NCBI GenBank assembly: GCA_043228905.1
Contig: JBHGNT010000004.1
Coordinates: forward strand, 10,850,001 to 10,914,000
Reading direction: 5' to 3'
From: Azolla caroliniana
Taxonomy: Eukaryota > Plantae > Polypodiophyta
DNA: 64,000 bases
Under the pieces are notes generated by a model. The model searched no databases. It was not told the origin of the DNA and saw nothing but the letters and a program-made list of their open reading frames with translations. Below are positions 46,701 to 60,000 of this stretch, piece after piece. Within the stretch, counting starts at the first letter, position 1; each line of letters opens with the position of its first letter. The position numbers were made by a program, and so were the translations under genes.

Positions 46701-48829
46701 CACGATGGGCTGATCTCATCCAAGACTTTGATGTTTCCATACGATATCGTAAAGGTTCCATGAACACTGTCGTTGATGCACTAAGTCACATCCGTGAAGT
46801 TAACATGCTTAGCATCACTGAAATAACATCAGATCTTTATGATCACCTTCAAGGAAAGTATCCTGATGACAGTTATTTTGCAAAATACTGGGCAAGAGTT
46901 GAGTCTGGAAGAGGCACCACCACATCCTTGAAGGAATACTTCCACATTGTTAACGTTCTGCTCTACCGTAATGGGAAGGTTTGTGTTCCAGATTTACCCG
47001 AGGTAAAAAAGAGGATTCTTTTTTAATGCCATGATGCACCCTCAGCAGGGCACCCTGGAATACATCGTACACTCATTCTCATCTCCACTCAATTTTATTG
47101 GCCTAAGATGCGTCCTGACATACATAGCTATGTGACTACATGTCACCAATGTTAGGTTAACAAAGCCGAGCGACTTAAAGCCACAGGACTTTTACATCCC
47201 TTGGACATTCCCAATAATAAGTGGGAAAGTATATCCATGGATTTTATTGTTAGCCTTCCTCGCACCCAAAAAGGCCATGATGCCATATGGGTTGTGGTTG
47301 ATAGACTAACTAAAATGGCCAGATTTATTGCTACTAAAACCACGGTAACAACTCCTGAATTGGCTTACCAATTTGTTGATGAGTTATTTCATTTTTATGG
47401 GTTACCGATGGATACCGTGAGTGATCGAGATCCAAAGTTTACTAGTGACTTCTGGATGCAAGTCTTCAAGAAGTTAGAAACTACGTTGAGCATGAGCTCC
47501 ACGGATCATCCTCAATCCGATGGACAAACAGAACGAGTAAATCAAATTATTGAGGACATGCTTCGAGCATACGTTGGTGCAAAACCAACAAAATGGGAAC
47601 GTTATCTCCCAATTTTGGAGTTTGCTTATAACAGCTCCAAGCATACGTCGATGGGATATAGTCCTTTTATGTTGATGTATGGTTTTCAGCCACAAGCCCC
47701 GATTGATGTTAATATACATCATGATGAGTTGCAAAGTACGCAAAAATTTCTTCGGGATATGGAAGATATGTTGCATATTGCATGAGATAATATAAAAACA
47801 GCTCAAGATAGAGTGTGTTTTTATGTTGATCATCATAGGCAACCTCGTGTATTCAACCCTGGATAGAATGTATTTTTATGTGTACCTCACAATTCTAAGA
47901 CATTGTCTAAGGGTAAGTGTGCTAAGTTAGCCCCACGGTTTTGTGGACCTTTTACAGTCCTCAAACGCATTGGGTCATCAGCCTATCATCTCGCTCTTCC
48001 CGAAGGTGTTGAAATTCATCCACTTTTTCATGTGAGTCGTGTAAAAGAAGTTCTAGGTTCTGGCGACAATACAATTACAACTGAAACTCTGGTTACTTCT
48101 GAAGAATTATCTTCTAAACCACATGTACCAGAAAGAATTCTTGATGTTAAAACAAAAAAATTACGTACTAAAGAAATACGAGAATTTAAAATAAAATGGA
48201 TGGATAAATCAATAAAAGATGCCACATGGGAACGCGAAAATACTCTCAGAACTAACTTCCCTAACTTTCCATTGCAAGAGTGCAATGTTTTAAAGAGGGG
48301 GAGTATGTTACGGGCATGACCATAGAATATCCCGTGGTAAGAATTTACCGTAGTATTCTATACACGTGGATAAGTGTGAGGGTTAAACGAGAGTGTAAAG
48401 AAGGGGAGGATTACTTTTAAATCCTCGGGATTGAGACAACCCATTAGGCCAAGTGTGAACTTGCCTGGGGGCCTTGGGTATCGCTATAAATAAGAGGCCC
48501 AACTACCCTCATTTCATTATCTTGTTGACTACGTCGAGACTCTGTCTTGTGGCGGGTCAACTCTTGTAGTGAGCGTGCCAACCCTAGGTACGACTCGACG
48601 CCACGACGGTGGTATGGGACGCCGATCGAGGCTCGAGTCCGTCTCGATCCCTTCGCTCGAGGGTGGTCGGGTAGATCGGCACCCTTCTTTCTCTCTCTCC
48701 TCTTTATCTAGATCTATCTATTCATCTATATTCTATCATTATCTAATGCTTACATTAGTCTATGTCTCTAACATTAACCCCCCCCTTCAACTACCGATAA
48801 CCTCTCAAAAGAGAGTAGAATGCCCAACA

Positions 48830-50010
48830 GGCTATGCGGTATGAGAAAATATATAGTATCGTACATATCAAAGGCCATCCATATGGGCACAAATGTCATT
48901 GGCTCGTTAATGGCAAAACTATTTGGATGTATAATGGAATCAAAGATAAGTGTATGGACTGAAAAAAATGGTAAGAGAGCTTATGGACAAGCTGGCTTTC
49001 GAAAACACCATAACACCATTGATCACCTTGTCACCCTTCGAGTATTAATGGAGGAAAGTCTTCTTAGAGGTAAAGGTTTATTCGTTGCTTTCTAGATTTC
49101 AAGAAAGTTTTTGATATGGTACCTCGTGAACATCTTTGGAGGCAAATGGAAGAAGTCGAGGTGCCAATTGAATATATGCTTGCAATTTCCCGAATATATG
49201 AGAAGGTTATATGTTGTGTCCATATGAGACATAAACTTTCAATTTTTTTCAATAACACTATTGGTGTTAAACAAGGATGCCCAGTCTCACCAACACTATT
49301 TGGTCTATGCATCGATGAATTGGAAGAAATGGTTTGTAAAGGAAGAATGTGTTGAAGAAGTTGCTATTGGGAATGTTGTCATTATGATTTTGCTATATGC
49401 GGATGATGTAGTGTTTTTTGCAAATACTTTAGAAGATGCACAAAAGCTTATGAAGGCACTGGAACAATTTTGTATGCATACTAAATTAAGTGTCAATAGG
49501 TCTAAAACAAAGATTATGCTCAATGTGAAGAGCCAAAAAAGAGATAAACCATGCATTATGTACAATAATGTGTCACTTGAATATGTGGAAAGCTTCAAAT
49601 ATCTTGGCCCATCCCGTTATCTGCCATTTGAACCTTTGATTCCATGCGACTTAGCTCACATGCATTGCAATGTGAGACGGGGCGTTGGGGCACAAGTGAT
49701 GAGAGTGGTCGACAATGCACATTTTGCCCTAAACAAGTTCGAGAGCCTGAGTATCACAGTTTGATACAATGCTCTACCTTTGATCATATTCGACCATGCT
49801 TTCCACATATCTTCGACCGAGCCCAATCTCTGCACGAATTTCTCTGAGAACCACAATGTGCACTCTTGATTGCAACATTCATTGGTAAAGTCCTTGAACA
49901 TCGAGAGTTGCTACTCACTTTCACACGTATCATGTGAAATGTAATATTTTTGGTCTCATAGGTCATATTTGTCCTCCAAAGACAATATAATAGAATCTAT
50001 CTATCTATCT
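48830..50010 (+). mobile_element. 5'-truncated, internally deleted non-LTR retrotransposon (RTE/RTEX-like)
   Basis: QAGFR, GVKQGCPVSPTLF, LLYADD, FKYLG, C-terminal RLSSHALQCETGRW...CTFC, and an (ATCT)n tail at ~49995-50010. Confidence 0.85.
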
Positions 50011-51000
50011 CAACCCCTTGGCTCCACCCCCCACCCATCAACACTTGGCACGCCCTACGATGAACCCCCTTTGGTGAGGAAGTCGAAGAATTACACACGT
50101 GGCAGAAGTATGCGAGGGTGGAGAAAAAGATTGTCCCGAATCTAATGTTATGACATCAAAGAAATGCAAAGACTTGTCTGACGGTTCTCTTGATGAAGTG
50201 AAACACATGGTAACGTAGATGAAGGAGAAGCACGAGGACAAGGGCCTCTCTCTCCCTCTCAACCACAACAACAAATCATCCTTCGCAAGAGCCAGCAAGA
50301 AATAACCTTTGATGACCATCTGGACTGTGATGATGTCAATGGTGATGCTCATGGAAGCTTTCATTGTACTTACAAGTGCAAACAAATGGTCAAGTCTGAG
50401 GTTTTGGAGAATCTAGAAGAACAAGAAAAAAATATTGCAGAGCTTTCATCACAAGTTGAGGATCTACAGAATTCCGCTAGGTTTGCAGATGTAGAAAAGA
50501 AAGGTTTAATGGAATAGGTAAAGAGGTTGGAGCAAGAGGAGATGGCAACAAGTGATCGTTAGAGAGCAATAGAGGAGAAATACATTAAAGAAATGGAGCG
50601 GGCTGAAGAAATGTATAGTGCCCAATTCAAGCGATGTGAGGGAATCAAAGAAGCGAATCATATGGGTAGAAGAATGCATCAACAAAGTGCAAAAGGATAT
50701 TCAACGAGATGCATCGAAAGCTAATGTAGAGATTTCTGCTAAAAGGTCTCGAATCCATATTGTTGAAGTCGAAGTCCAAGCCGCTCAATATGATAATCTA
50801 AAACAACGCTTGTCTGAGTGTTTGGAAGAAAATTGTGTGTTATCAAGAAAACTTGCACACCTATCAAGTCAAATCTCCTCATTGTCAAGATGTGCGATTA
50901 GTGATGAAGACTTTGAGAGACGAGTTAAAGAGCTTTGAAGTTGATGTTGCTGAAGCTTGAAAGGTCAAACAATTCCATACAAATGTTCTCTTTTGAAGGA

Positions 51001-52472
51001 GAATTAGAATTAGAATTAGAATTTTTATCATCCATAAAGAGGCCAATTTTGACCTATGGGACTAGAGTATACATGTGTTCTTGATATATGTCTCCTTCCT
51101 AAGAAGGGGTATTCATATGTTGAAGCACAAAGTCTCTATGTGTTAATAAATCATACACATATGAGATCAACCTTCTAGGTGGTGTCTTAAGTATGGATCT
51201 TAAGTTATCACTCCCTCTTAGTATGTCAACATATCTTGAACGAATTGCACTATATGTCGAGCATGTGAAGAGCAAGTGACATTCATCCTCTACCATGCCT
51301 TCATTGCATACTTTACATGTCTTCAAATTCATTACATTTTGATACCATGACACAACTTCAATACCTAACTTGTGAGATCGAGTGCGAAGTAGTGTAAGGG
51401 CTCTACGAGCATTGCTACTCATATTGGTAATGAGATAAGGTTGGATACGATCAATAGACAATCTTGCTTTATATTGAGACCAACATTCAGGGTTGACATT
51501 TGCAATGTAGTATTCTAGCTTTGTCCTCTTAGCATCCTCCCACTTCATCCTTAATGATTCCACCAACCTTTCCTCAATCATTACATATTGCATAGCATTG
51601 CCTGAAAGCTCTAAAAGATCATCCACACCCCATCTTCTAAACCATTTCTTTATGTCAACAACCCAACCAGATGAGAGAATCTTACTTTTATGATTCTTTT
51701 GTATCTTACATCCAACATTCCAAGAAAGATGTGGTAATTGATGATTCGGCATATTCTTGACTTTTGTAATGTATTTATATACTCTTTGGAGTGCCAATAG
51801 TTCTATGGGTCGAACACTCGTTTCCAAGAGCATAACCTGGTAAGAGGTAGTGCATTTAACTCCTAATTGCCTCCTTAAAAACATCTTTTGAATTTTCTCA
51901 ATCTCGTTCCATGCATTAAGAGAGATGGTGCCACCCCATACTTCTACTCCATAAAGCAATACTTGAGTTACCATGGCATTGAACAACATTAATTTTACTT
52001 CCCATCCACAAGTATCACTTTGGTTGCATTGGTTCTCCAAAAGGTAATATGATTTCCAACCGGCTTGGAGTCTAGAATCAAAGCATGCACTCCATTTATT
52101 TGTGGCAAGTACATCAATACCAAGATATTTAAAGCTTTTAACAAATTGTATATGTTCACCTTTATATGTGAGCATAGGGTAATGATGAGGTTGGATGGTT
52201 TGCATTACCATCAATTTTGTTTTCTCTACATTCACTGCTAGTCTACTACTATGGCAAAATTCTTCTAATACCCCAATTAAATGTTGCATACCATCAACAT
52301 CATATGAGAAGAGTACCACATCATCTGCATATAGAAGCAATAAGATAACATGTTGCATCAAATTGGGGTCATTCCATCCTTCTTCTCTTGCAACCTTATT
52401 CACCACTTCTTCTAATTTATCAATACATAAGCCAAAGAGTGTGGGTGATAGTGGATATCCTTGCTTGAACCC
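51001..52472 (-). mobile_element. 5'-truncated non-LTR retrotransposon (RTE/RTEX-like)
   Basis: ORF 51099-52406 with LLYADD, FKYLG and LRTRSHKLGIE...CKVC...HLLFTC. (TTCTAA)n tail at 51001-51023. Confidence 0.88.
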
Positions 52473-52552
52473 TACTTAAAAAGCTCTTTGAGAATCCACT
52501 ATCCATTTTTAGTTGGCATTTAACTTGTTTAAGAAGCTTGAAAGTGGGAGAT

Positions 52553-54051
52553 TATGGGTAGAAAGTGTTAACGTTTTGGCCCATTCTTTATCCCACATAA
52601 TTTGGGAGTTATAAATACGCTCCCCTTCATCTTAGTTTTATATCCTCAATTTGTATTCTTCTCTCCCAACCGTAATAGAGCATGTTGTTTTGGAGGATGT
52701 GGGCTAATTGGCTGAACCTCGGTAATTCTGGTGTTGTTTTATCGTTTTCTTCTTACTCTATATAATAACTTTACTTCTGGTTATATATTGTTATTTCCAC
52801 GCTTCCACTACATTTGGTATAAGAGCCAAGGTTCTATTCTGAGTATGCTCTGTGGTTGCAGCTTTGTCTGATCTTCCACATCAGAAAATATTTGGTCATC
52901 TTGAAAACTTGGGTTGTTGATAGCGCTATAATATTGAATACTATTTATTAAGTTTATAATGGTATCCAGAGATGAAAAAGAAAAGGATACGGTGTCAAAG
53001 ATTCCATCGGGAACATTGGGCTCGTCGTTATTATGGTCAAGATTCCCGGTGTCCAAATCGAAACCGACGATAGAAATATTTGATGGTACTGGCTATTTCG
53101 GCATGTGGCAAGGAGAGGTTTTAGACTCTCTTTTTCAACATGGTCTTGATATTGCCATTGAAGAAGATAAACCAAAAGAGGTAGAAGAAAAAGATTGGAG
53201 CATCATTAATCGATTGGCGTGTAGAACAATTCGATCGTGCATGTCCAGAGAGTAGAAGTATGCTTTCAAGAATGAGACTTTTGCACACAAATTGTAGAAA
53301 GCATTGGAGGGCAAATTTGTGAAAAAAAGTTGTCAGAATAAGCTCCTCATGAAGAAGAGGATATTTCCTTTTGACTACAAACCAAATACTACTATGAGTG
53401 ATCACATCACCATGACTAATCAATTAGTAGCAGAACTGTTGAATTTAGATGTTAAATTTGAGGATGAGGATATGGCTTTGTTGTTGTTATCATCTCTTCC
53501 CGATGAATTTCAACATTTGGACACAAAATTACTTCACGAGAAAGAGAATGTGTCATTAGATGTTGCTTGTTCTGCTTTATATAGTCATGAATTGAGAAAG
53601 CTGGAAAAGATGATAACCAAATCAACGACATCAGAAGAAGCACTGGTGGCAAGAGGTCATCAAAAAAGCCATACTAAGGGGAGAAGTGGAAGGTCCAAAT
53701 CAAAAGGCCGAGGCATTGCCAAAGATGAATGTGCTTTCTATCATGAGAAAGGCCATTGGAAGAAAGATTGTCCGAAGTTGAAGAGGAAAGGAAAGCATCC
53801 ACAAGATGCAAATGTTGCAGAGGCTAGTGATCCGGAATAAGATATTTTGTTAGTAGTTATGCCTTCAGTATCGGCACATCCAGATGAGTGGATTTTGGAT
53901 TCAGGTTGTACCTATCATATGTGTCCTATTTGAGAATGGTTTTTTGAATTTTCGGAAGTCGATGGTGGGGTTGTTTACATGGGTAATGATCATCCATGTA
54001 AAACAGTATGGATAGGTTCGATCAAGCTATGCAATCATGATGGAACCACAA
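52553..54051 (+). mobile_element. Ty1/copia element K (Tork-like), 5' part, interrupted by I
   Basis: LTR ends CCACTACA at 52812 (start uncertain). PBS TGGTATAAGAGCC 52815-52827. Gag (IEIFDGTGYFGMWQ), degenerate zinc knuckle, PR WILDSGCTYHMC. Confidence 0.82.
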
Positions 54052-57018
54052 TGTCACGGACAAGTATAATAGAGCAAAGAGAAGACAAGACTAGAACACA
54101 AGAGAGAGGAAAAGAACAAGAAGTAAAACTATAGAATCCGTAACTGGTGTTGTCCACCTTGATTAGAATCAAGGTGCACCTGAGTATTTATACAAGAAGG
54201 TAGGGCTATGTAAGCCAACTAGAAATAGAGTATGCATGCAATGGAGAATGCATGAGGATGCATGTAGAGAATGCATGAGAATGTGTGCAAGCTAGAAACT
54301 TCCAATGTTCAATCTACACTAAATGAAGTTGAATTTGGTATAAGGATGCATAGGTAGCTCAATTGGTAGAGTTGCCCAATAGAGACCATGAGGTCTTGGG
54401 TTCAATCCCTACCTTCCTTTGTGGCATATGTCTATGATATTATCCTCCCTCTAAGGCCGCTTCTTAACACCCGCAATCGGTTTTATGAGGGTATCGTTGA
54501 TGAAAAGCGCGAATTACCTCCAACGCATTTTGTAAATGTGTAACTGGTTCCCATGTGGCGTCCGAAAGAGGACAACCTTTCCATAAGACCAAGTATTGAA
54601 GTATTCGGCGACGCAAGCTGGAGTCGAGGATCCGGTCAACCTCGTACTCTTCATCTGTCGAATGCGAGGATGGTAGGGTTCGAGGAGAGAGACGTGGAAA
54701 ACATTGTGAAGCCGAAATGTGGGGGAAGCGCTAACCGGAAGGCGACTGGGTTAACACGCTCGAGGATACAGAAGGGGCCTAACTTTCTGTAGTCGAGCTT
54801 TGCGCAGGGACGGGTGGTTGCGATGTGGCGACGTAGCAGCCAAACCATGTCACCGATTGCGAAGGTCGGCGCGACCAAGCAATGTCGATCAGCATGAGCT
54901 TTATATTGTTTGCTAGCGGCACAGAGCTAGAGGGAGAGGTCTCCATGGACATCTTGTAAGGTGTGGGCATGCCTCTCGGCTGACGGATTGACGGAAGTCT
55001 CTGGAATGGAAATGCTGAAACGAGGGTGAAAATCGTAGTTTGCAAAGAATGGGGAAACCTTAGTTGAGGCATGGATACTATTATTGTAGGCAAATTCCGC
55101 CATGGCAAGGAAGTCTACCCAATCATCTTGTTGGTAGCTGACTATACACCAGAGGTATTGTTCGAGGATTTGGTTGACTCTTTTGGTTTGGCCATCAGTT
55201 TGAGGGTGGTGCGCGGTTGACAAGTTCACAGAAGTCCCGAATGTATGTAGAAGTCGGCACCAGAAGTGGGAGATAAATTGAGGTCCTCGATCAGAAGTGA
55301 CATCCTCAGGGAAGCCGTGTAATAGGACAACATTTTTCAAAAAAAGGTCAACCGTCTCCTTCCCCGAAATGGTTTTCGCATATGGGACAAAGTGAGCCAT
55401 CTTCGAAAACCGATGGCCACTAGCACCGTGTCATGGTCACCGACCCGAGGAAGGTCGATGATAAAGTCCATGGAGAGAGATGCCTAAGGTCGACTCGGAA
55501 TTGGAAGTGGGTGAGAAGGCCGTATGGACGATGGTGAGCCGCTTTGGAGTGAGCACAAACGTCACAAGTTTTGATAAATTCTTTGACCAATTTCCAATGT
55601 TGGGGCCACCAAAACCCCCGAGATAGCAACACCAACGTTTTCACAACCCCAAAGTGTCCGACAAGAGGATCATCGTGGCAAGTTTGTAGTACCCGATGTG
55701 ACATGTGCCAGCTGTTAAGGAAAGGAGGTGATTACGATAGAGTAGCCCACCCTAAGTTGTAAAGTGACTAATATCCGAGCTTTGCAATTCCTAGGATGGG
55801 TTGTTGAGGCGCACCATGATGTTAGTAGCGAAAGGGTCCGACATAGTTGCTTGGGAGATCTCGTTGAGCAAGGAATCATCATGCAACATATAGGTTGCGA
55901 ACAAGTGGAGTTGATCGGGCTGCAATAAACAATGCGATTGTTGAGAATATGCATCGTCACCTAGGCGTAGTGCAAAGTCGGGTCGTTGAGGGAGAGCATC
56001 CGCTTTCCCATGTTGAACGTCGGGTCGAAACAAGATTTCGAAGTCATAGTCCACGAGAAAAGATGACCAACGAGCCTACCACCGATTCAACGTACGAGTG
56101 GTGGTGAAGTAGATGAGATTCTTGTGGTCGATCAACACCTGAATACGATGTTGGGCCCAAGCTAGATAGGGTCGCCATTTGGCAAAGGCCGAGATGATAG
56201 CATCAAGCTCCTTATCGTAGACCAAATAATTGATTTCCGGGGTTGTAAACTTCCGAGAGTAGAAGGCGACCGGATGCAGGGTGCCATCGTCGTCGGCTTG
56301 AGACAAGACCACACCTATGGCAAAGTCAGAGGCGTCAGTTTCAACCTGGAAAGGGCGGGTGGGTCGGGGTGGACTAACACGGGGGCAGAGAGAAAAGTTG
56401 CTTTGAGGGCATTAAAAGCATTGTGTGCTGCGGGGGTCCAAAGAAATGGAGTATCTTTCCGGGTAAGTTGGATGAGAGGTTGGACTAGGGAAGAGAACTT
56501 GTCTATAAATTGTCTATACAAATTTGCAAAACCAAGAAATGATTATACCTCTTTCAGTCGAGTCGGGAGAGGCCAATCAGTGATTGCCGCTACCGTGTGT
56601 TCATCCATTTTGATCCCGGTAGGGGAGATCATGTAACCCAGGAATTCGACAGAGGTCCTATCGAATTTGCATTTCTCACTTTTGGCGAAGAGCCCATATT
56701 CTTGGAGTTTGGTGAGAACCAGTTGGACGTGGTGTGTGTGGTCCTCCTAGTTGGAAGAAAAAACTAGGATGTCGTCAAGGTGGATGACCACGAAATGATC
56801 GAGATACTTTCGTTCATCATTTGTTGGAAGATGGACGGAGCATTGGTAAGGCCGAATGGCATCACTTTGTACTCGAAATGTCCATAGCGCGTTCGAAAGG
56901 CTGTTTTCCACTCATCTCTAGGCTTGATGCACAACAAATTGTAGGCGCCCCGAAGGTCAATTTTGGAGAAGATGTGGCTAGTTCGGAGTCGATCGAGGAG
57001 CAAAGGGCAGGGGTGCTA
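54052..57018 (-). mobile_element. Ty3/gypsy chromovirus I (Tcn1-like), 3' part, interrupted by J in RT
   Basis: LTR 54052-54439 (TGTCA...TGATA) beside a PPT. Chromodomain EYEVDRILDS...YLVLWKG...DATWEP, IN (SDRGPQF, LGPF), RH (HPVAFYSRK), RT (KIDLRGAY). Confidence 0.88.
54351..54414 (+). promoter_or_regulatory. tRNA-like Pol III A/B-box module in the LTR of I
   Basis: TAGCTCAATTGGTAGAG (A box/D-arm) and GAGGTCTTGGGTTCAATCCC (variable loop, T-arm/B box) at tRNA-like spacing. Confidence 0.65.
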
Positions 57019-60000
57019 TGTACACATAACGTTGGTGTGGGTAGGTCACTAATATTTACATTAGTGAAGGGTATGTTCACTAATGTTAAAAAGGGGCTAA
57101 TGTGATTGGATAGAAGGAATGATAGGTGCATGCACTATCATGATTTGGGCAACCAATGAATGGAGACCCTTTTAGAAAGGCACATCTATTCAAGGGGCCT
57201 AGGAAAAGGTATAAATATGAGGCTTAGCTACCCTCATAAGAACATTACGTTGGAAGACTGTTGTCTTAGACACCGATGATGCGGGCTAGGCTTTCATCTC
57301 GACGATCGTGTTTATCTCTTCCAAGGTATTAGGCATCCTAATATCTGGCAGTATGGGACGTTGGTGGTAGGTTGGCTATGTCTAGATCATAGCTCGGGGG
57401 TGGTCGGGTGGAACGGGTTCTTCTATCTACTCTATTTTCCTTCTTTTACTTTACTTTGGTCTATTGATTAGTAATAGACTCTTAACAATGGTATCAAAGC
57501 TTTTACTAACAATTTTTTTTGTTGTTTTGATATTTTTTGCGTGTGAGCAATGGGGATCTAACAAGGCTCGTCATGCTCTTCTTAGGATCAAAACAACACT
57601 CTAAACCCGATATTCTTCTTTCTCGATTTCTCTTCTTTCTATGATGGGTTCTTGTTGGTCAAATCAAATTTGTATTACGTTTTCTTTTCTTTTCTTTCTT
57701 CTTTCTACCACGATACGATTTTAATTATTATTGTGCATCGGGCCGAGCGTGTTTGCACTAATCGCACACGCTCAACTCATGGCCCTTTTGTATAGTGCGA
57801 TGTATCTCCTATGCTCCCATCTCTTGAGCCTTCTCTTACGATATTAATTATTGTTGTGCATTGGGTCGAGCGTGTTTGCCCTAATCTCACACACTCACCT
57901 CATGGGCCTTGTGCATATGATGTTGAGTATGTCACTCTTCCCTCTATCGAGCCATCACTTGGCCGAGTCTATGGGATGTTGTGGCCATGACGAGGTGTAT
58001 ATCGCCTACCTATGCCACTCTACTCTCTATTGAGCCATCACTTGGCTGATTCTATGGGATGTTGTGGCCTTGAGGATGTGCATGTCAACTACTCTAGGGT
58101 TTTGTACCTTAAGGCATGCTTAATGTTCCATACACCTAATTGATTATTATTCTAATTATTTTCTAATTACACAAATTGTCTTTTCACGTTTTGATGATTT
58201 TCTCATAATTGTCGTTAAATACCCACCCACAATTAACTCTCTTTCTTGCCCTTATTTTAAGTTCATCTACACTATTTACGTACGTTTAATGGTGTAACGA
58301 TTCATGTAGACTAAATTTTAATATTTTTCCAACAACTCATCTAGGTTTAACTCATATTATCGAGCCTTAGAACTTGAGTAAGTTCTAAGCACAACACCAC
58401 CACCATTTGTATCAACTTGTGGCTTATGTCACAATTGTGCACATTACAATCACCATATTGGGATGGATATGTGCATACCTCACACCATCCATTTATTGGT
58501 GGTATTTTTTTTTAGTAGACAACGCATGGTTTTTTAACCTTGTTTTCGTCACTTCTTGACTCTTATAGATAGTGACTTCTTTTTCTCTTTTTTTCATAAC
58601 ATTTGCTTGCTAGTCGCAAGACTAGAATATTACTTGCGAGTGCACTTATTTTTTCACGTAATACACTTTGTCAACCATATCAATACATGTTGGGTTGGCA
58701 TTCTAATATAAGGCTAACTAGGAAACTACATTGATGTTAGAACCATGGTTGAGCCTCGAGGAGCCGCCATGATTATTCAAGATAGAGATCCGAGAAAGAC
58801 ATCTTAGCTATGTTTTCCCCCATGGTTTTTAAAACACCATAGTGTTACCATAGTTATCGGATCTCGAACCACATCTCATATGTTTAGAGGGGTAAAGATG
58901 TGAGATGCTTTCTTGGTAAAGTTCTTCCAATCAAAATTTCAAGCATTCATTTTTCTTGTGTATTTTCTGAACCTCCTTATTTATATTGCATACCCACAGC
59001 TTACATCATGGAACAAGTTTTGAATGCTGTTGGAGCAATCTCTCAGACCGAGACCTCTCAACTCCAATCCGCATCTCGCACACAAGCTGAGATCACTATT
59101 GAGCAATTGCTCTCTACTACCTTGAATCAATTGGCCGAAATGAGGCAAGCCAATATGGCATTGGAAAAGAAATTCCAAGAATTGACTATTGAGTCCAAGA
59201 AAGAAGGTCAAACTTCTTTCGTAGTAACGCCATTCAAGGGAGATAAGAAAGAAAGAACCGAGGAGGCATTAACACTTGGCATGGTCGTTGGGAGTCTCAC
59301 TTTGAGCTCCACCCCAAGCCCAATGCTGTAAAATTTGGTTATGTCGGTCGTGAGTTAGGTGGCCGAGTTGCTGCTTGGTGGCACGACCTAAGGACTGCAA
59401 AGAACTTACCCACAACTTGGGAATGTTTCGTTGATGTTTTTAAGAAACAGTTTTTGCAGCCACCTTCTCAAACTTAACCAACGCAACACTTGCGACATTG
59501 TCAAGTAAGCCATTTACCTCTCTCGAGGATTATGTGCATCATGCTTAGGCCAAGATCCAAAAATCGGAACTTACGGGTGAGAAATGGTTTGTTGCTTGCT
59601 TTTTGAATGGTATTCCCAATGGGGATTACCATTGGATTGTCCATGACAAGGACCCCACAACTTTCGAGGAAGCCGTCAACATTGTACTTCGGTACCATCG
59701 GATTTCCAAGAAAGACCACAATAAACCTAAGTTCGCCAAAACACTGAATGTCAAGTTCATTGGGAAACGTACGCAATCCAATGACACTCTTGACCGCGAC
59801 TCCAAGAAACCGAACCTCTTCTGTGCATATTGCAAGAAGCAGGGCCACACAAAGGATACCTTTCGTCGTCTTGAGAGGAAGTCAATGAACACCCCTCCTC
59901 AAGACAAATCTACGAGTCACATAGGTGAGTTTTTTGATGTTGTTGAAGTTCATACCAACCACCTAAGTTCATGTGAATGCACTTTTCCTTCACATTTACT

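Larger units (their letters stand above)
30370..48773 (+). mobile_element. Ty3/gypsy chromovirus F (degenerate); 5' LTR split by copia C
   Basis: 5' LTR 30370-30822 plus 41861-41875. 3' LTR 48306-48773. TSD TTAAT/TTAAC. PBS TGGTTTCAGAGC 41878-41889, PPT before 48306. Order gag-PR-RT (FLDD)-RH-IN (GPF) then a chromodomain-like end (PERILD...KIKW...DATWE). Confidence 0.94.

Noticed and set aside
54351-54414. Functional tRNA gene
   Set aside because: The anticodon arm and acceptor stem do not form properly. Kept only as a tRNA-like module.
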